Shown: piece by piece, positions 36,395 through 37,946 of the stretch
How the letters are laid out: the number at the start of each line of letters is the position of its first letter
Position numbering within the stretch: position 1 is the stretch's first letter
IMG/VR virus record: IMGVR_UViG_3300025670_000002
Length of the DNA: 37,946 bases
Source: a virus
Lineage: Duplodnaviria > Heunggongvirae > Uroviricota > Caudoviricetes
Reading direction: 5' to 3' (one strand)
The notes under the pieces: generated by a model
Database searches by the model: none
Told to the model about the DNA's origin: nothing
Seen by the model: only the letters and a program-made list of their open reading frames with translations
Translations under genes and position numbers: made by a program

Positions 36395-37727
36395 AATATC
36401 GGAATTGCCAGAGGCGGTTACCGTTAATGACCAAGACGTGATGCCTATATCTATTTCGGGCATCACCAAAGGCGCAAGCAGAAGTGACTTTTTAGCGGAT
36501 CAAGACATTGTGACGTATGTTGAAGATACGCACGATTACGGCTCGGTTGCTTCGGGCACGGTAACGCCCGATTGCGCTAACGCAGCCAACCACTTGATAA
36601 CTGCAACAGGGGCAATAACGCTTGCAGCACCTATCGCCACAATCTTAACAGATAGAATGGTGATGGGCTTTATTACGATAAAGGGAGGTGATTTGAACGC
36701 CATTACCTTTGATGCGAATTACGATTGGGGCGATGCGGGTGAGTTTTCTTTAATTGAAACTTCTGTATTCGCTTATCAGCGTGGACTTGGTGATGTAAAA
36801 ACTAAGATTTGGTCTGTTAATGGTGGGTCGGTTGTGGCTGGTGAGTCTGCTGTTAATGGAGGAGCGGGTGTTTACTCAAACAGAACGGCTGGTTATTGGG
36901 GTGGGGGTTATGACGACACCGCCAACGTCTCAACCATTGACGGAATCAACTTCACTACAGAAGCAGCAATTAACCCAGCAGCGGTATTAAGTGTTGCTAG
37001 ACATAGTTTGGCGGGGGCTTCGTCCTCAAATAAAGGTTATTTTGCGGGAGGGGTTCTCTCTACATACTCAGCAGTGATGGGTGGAATCCAATTCTCAGAC
37101 GAATCCGCTGTCAATCCAGCGGCTACTTTAAGCGTAGCTAGGCAGCGCCATGCCGCCGTTTCCTCACCAGATAAAGGTTATTGGGGTGGGGGAACTGATG
37201 GCGCTAGCAGCTCAACTATTGATGGAATTAACTTCACAACAGAGGCAGCCATTAATCCAACAGCAGCATTAAGTGTTGCTAGAAATGGTTTAGCAGGCGT
37301 TTCTTCCCCAGATAAAGGTTATTTTGGTGGGGGTAATGATGGCACAGGATCATCAACAATTGATGGAATTAATTTCACAACAGAAGCGGCAATTAACCCA
37401 GCAGCGGCATTAAGTGTTGCCAGATACAATTTAGCAGGCGTTTCTTCGCCAGACAAAGGGTATTTTGGTGGGGGTTTTGGTGGCGCTCACAAATCAACAA
37501 TTGATGGAATTCAATTTTCAGACGAAACAGCAATCAACCCAGCAGCAGTATTAAGTGTTGCTAGAAATGCTTTAGCAGGCGTTTCCTCCCCAGATAAAGG
37601 TTATTTTGCTGGGGGTCACGATGGCACAATCTCCTCAACTATTGATGGAATTAACTTCACAACAGAGGTGGCAATCAACCCAGCATCTACTTTAAGTGTT
37701 GCTAGAAGACTTTTGGCAGGGGTATAA
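36381..37727 (+). CDS. KISELP adaptor module fused to six-bladed kelch-like propeller 2 (448 aa)
   Basis: ATG 36381 (MAIVKISELP) after AGGAAG. The N-half is homologous to 34403-34858 and the C-half has six repeats. Confidence 0.8.
   Translation: MAIVKISELPEAVTVNDQDVMPISISGITKGASRSDFLADQDIVTYVEDTHDYGSVASGTVTPDCANAANHLITATGAITLAAPIATILTDRMVMGFITIKGGDLNAITFDANYDWGDAGEFSLIETSVFAYQRGLGDVKTKIWSVNGGSVVAGESAVNGGAGVYSNRTAGYWGGGYDDTANVSTIDGINFTTEAAINPAAVLSVARHSLAGASSSNKGYFAGGVLSTYSAVMGGIQFSDESAVNPAATLSVARQRHAAVSSPDKGYWGGGTDGASSSTIDGINFTTEAAINPTAALSVARNGLAGVSSPDKGYFGGGNDGTGSSTIDGINFTTEAAINPAAALSVARYNLAGVSSPDKGYFGGGFGGAHKSTIDGIQFSDETAINPAAVLSVARNALAGVSSPDKGYFAGGHDGTISSTIDGINFTTEVAINPASTLSVARRLLAGV
36891..37724 (+). 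repeat. Six tandem ~141-bp coding repeats
   Basis: Units start at 36891, 37035, 37176, 37317, 37458 and 37599. Confidence 0.95.
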
Positions 37728-37729
37728 AA

Positions 37730-37946
37730 ATGGCAATCAAAATAACAGACTTACCACCAACAACTTCTGTAAACGAAGGCGATGTAACCGTCATTGTTCA
37801 GGGCGGTGTTACCAAAAAAGCAAGCAAGAAAACGCTATCCAAGGGGCAAAACTTTGTAAGGGTGACAGAGGGCTTTCATGATTACGGCTCGGTTGCTTCG
37901 GGAACGGTCACTCCTAATTGTGACAATGCAAATATCCACGTTATCA
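37730..37946 (+). CDS. Third adaptor paralog (partial, runs off the window)
   Basis: MAIKITDLPPTTSVNEGDVTVIVQGGVTKKASK...HDYGSVASGTVTPNCDNAN, open to the window end. A 23-nt block (37880-37902) is identical to 36534-36556. Confidence 0.75.
   Translation, partial: MAIKITDLPPTTSVNEGDVTVIVQGGVTKKASKKTLSKGQNFVRVTEGFHDYGSVASGTVTPNCDNANIHVI

Larger units (their letters stand above)
1..37946. mobile_element. Siphovirus-type prophage or phage-plasmid segment (packaging, head, tail, lysis and accessory modules)
   Basis: Colinear terS-terL-portal-scaffold-capsid-neck-tail tube-chaperone-tape measure-Dit-gpL-NlpC-J-fibre-holin-endolysin-spanin order. No clearly host-chromosomal gene, integrase or Rep in the window. 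Confidence 0.95.

Noticed and set aside
34921-37724. 141-bp repeats as a CRISPR array
   Set aside because: They are in-frame coding repeats with no unique spacers and no cas genes.
34858-37727. GC-content shift marking the propeller array as recently acquired
   Set aside because: Spot counts of two 60-nt lines gave 35% and 50% GC, with no clear departure from the rest. A proper sliding-window calculation is needed.
33978-37946. Complete diversity-generating retroelement
   Set aside because: No reverse transcriptase, Avd or non-coding template repeat is in the window. Only the codon signature is reported, as a hypothesis.

Overview
The whole window looks like part of a long-tailed (siphovirus-type) phage or phage-plasmid genome. 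The left end holds a tRNA-Met(CAT), then a minus-strand block with an HNH-AP2 endonuclease, a LapG-like periplasmic cysteine protease and an intein-containing SF2 helicase. A plus-strand operon follows (two ParB-like proteins, an ABC-ATPase/GNAT fusion, a winged-helix protein). After an IHF-rich 229-bp inverted repeat come the packaging, head and lambda-like tail genes, then a lysis cassette. The right end is an array of paralogous putative adhesin genes carrying six-bladed kelch-like propellers, running off the window edge. From memory, the gene order resembles SSU5/pHCM2-type phage-plasmids; this is not verified by search. Most notable signals: (1) near-identical 47-aa propeller blades with hypervariable loop codons strongly biased to NNY (DGR-like, but no reverse transcriptase in the window) and patchwork DNA exchange between blades; (2) ten copies of an 18-bp palindrome TAAGTCA-N4-TGACTTA at gene starts; (3) an 85-bp-arm inverted repeat with five IHF boxes upstream of terS; (4) a phage-borne LapG-like protease; (5) a ParB/ABC-GNAT module next to the terminase. 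All product calls are from motif recognition, and no database searches were run.
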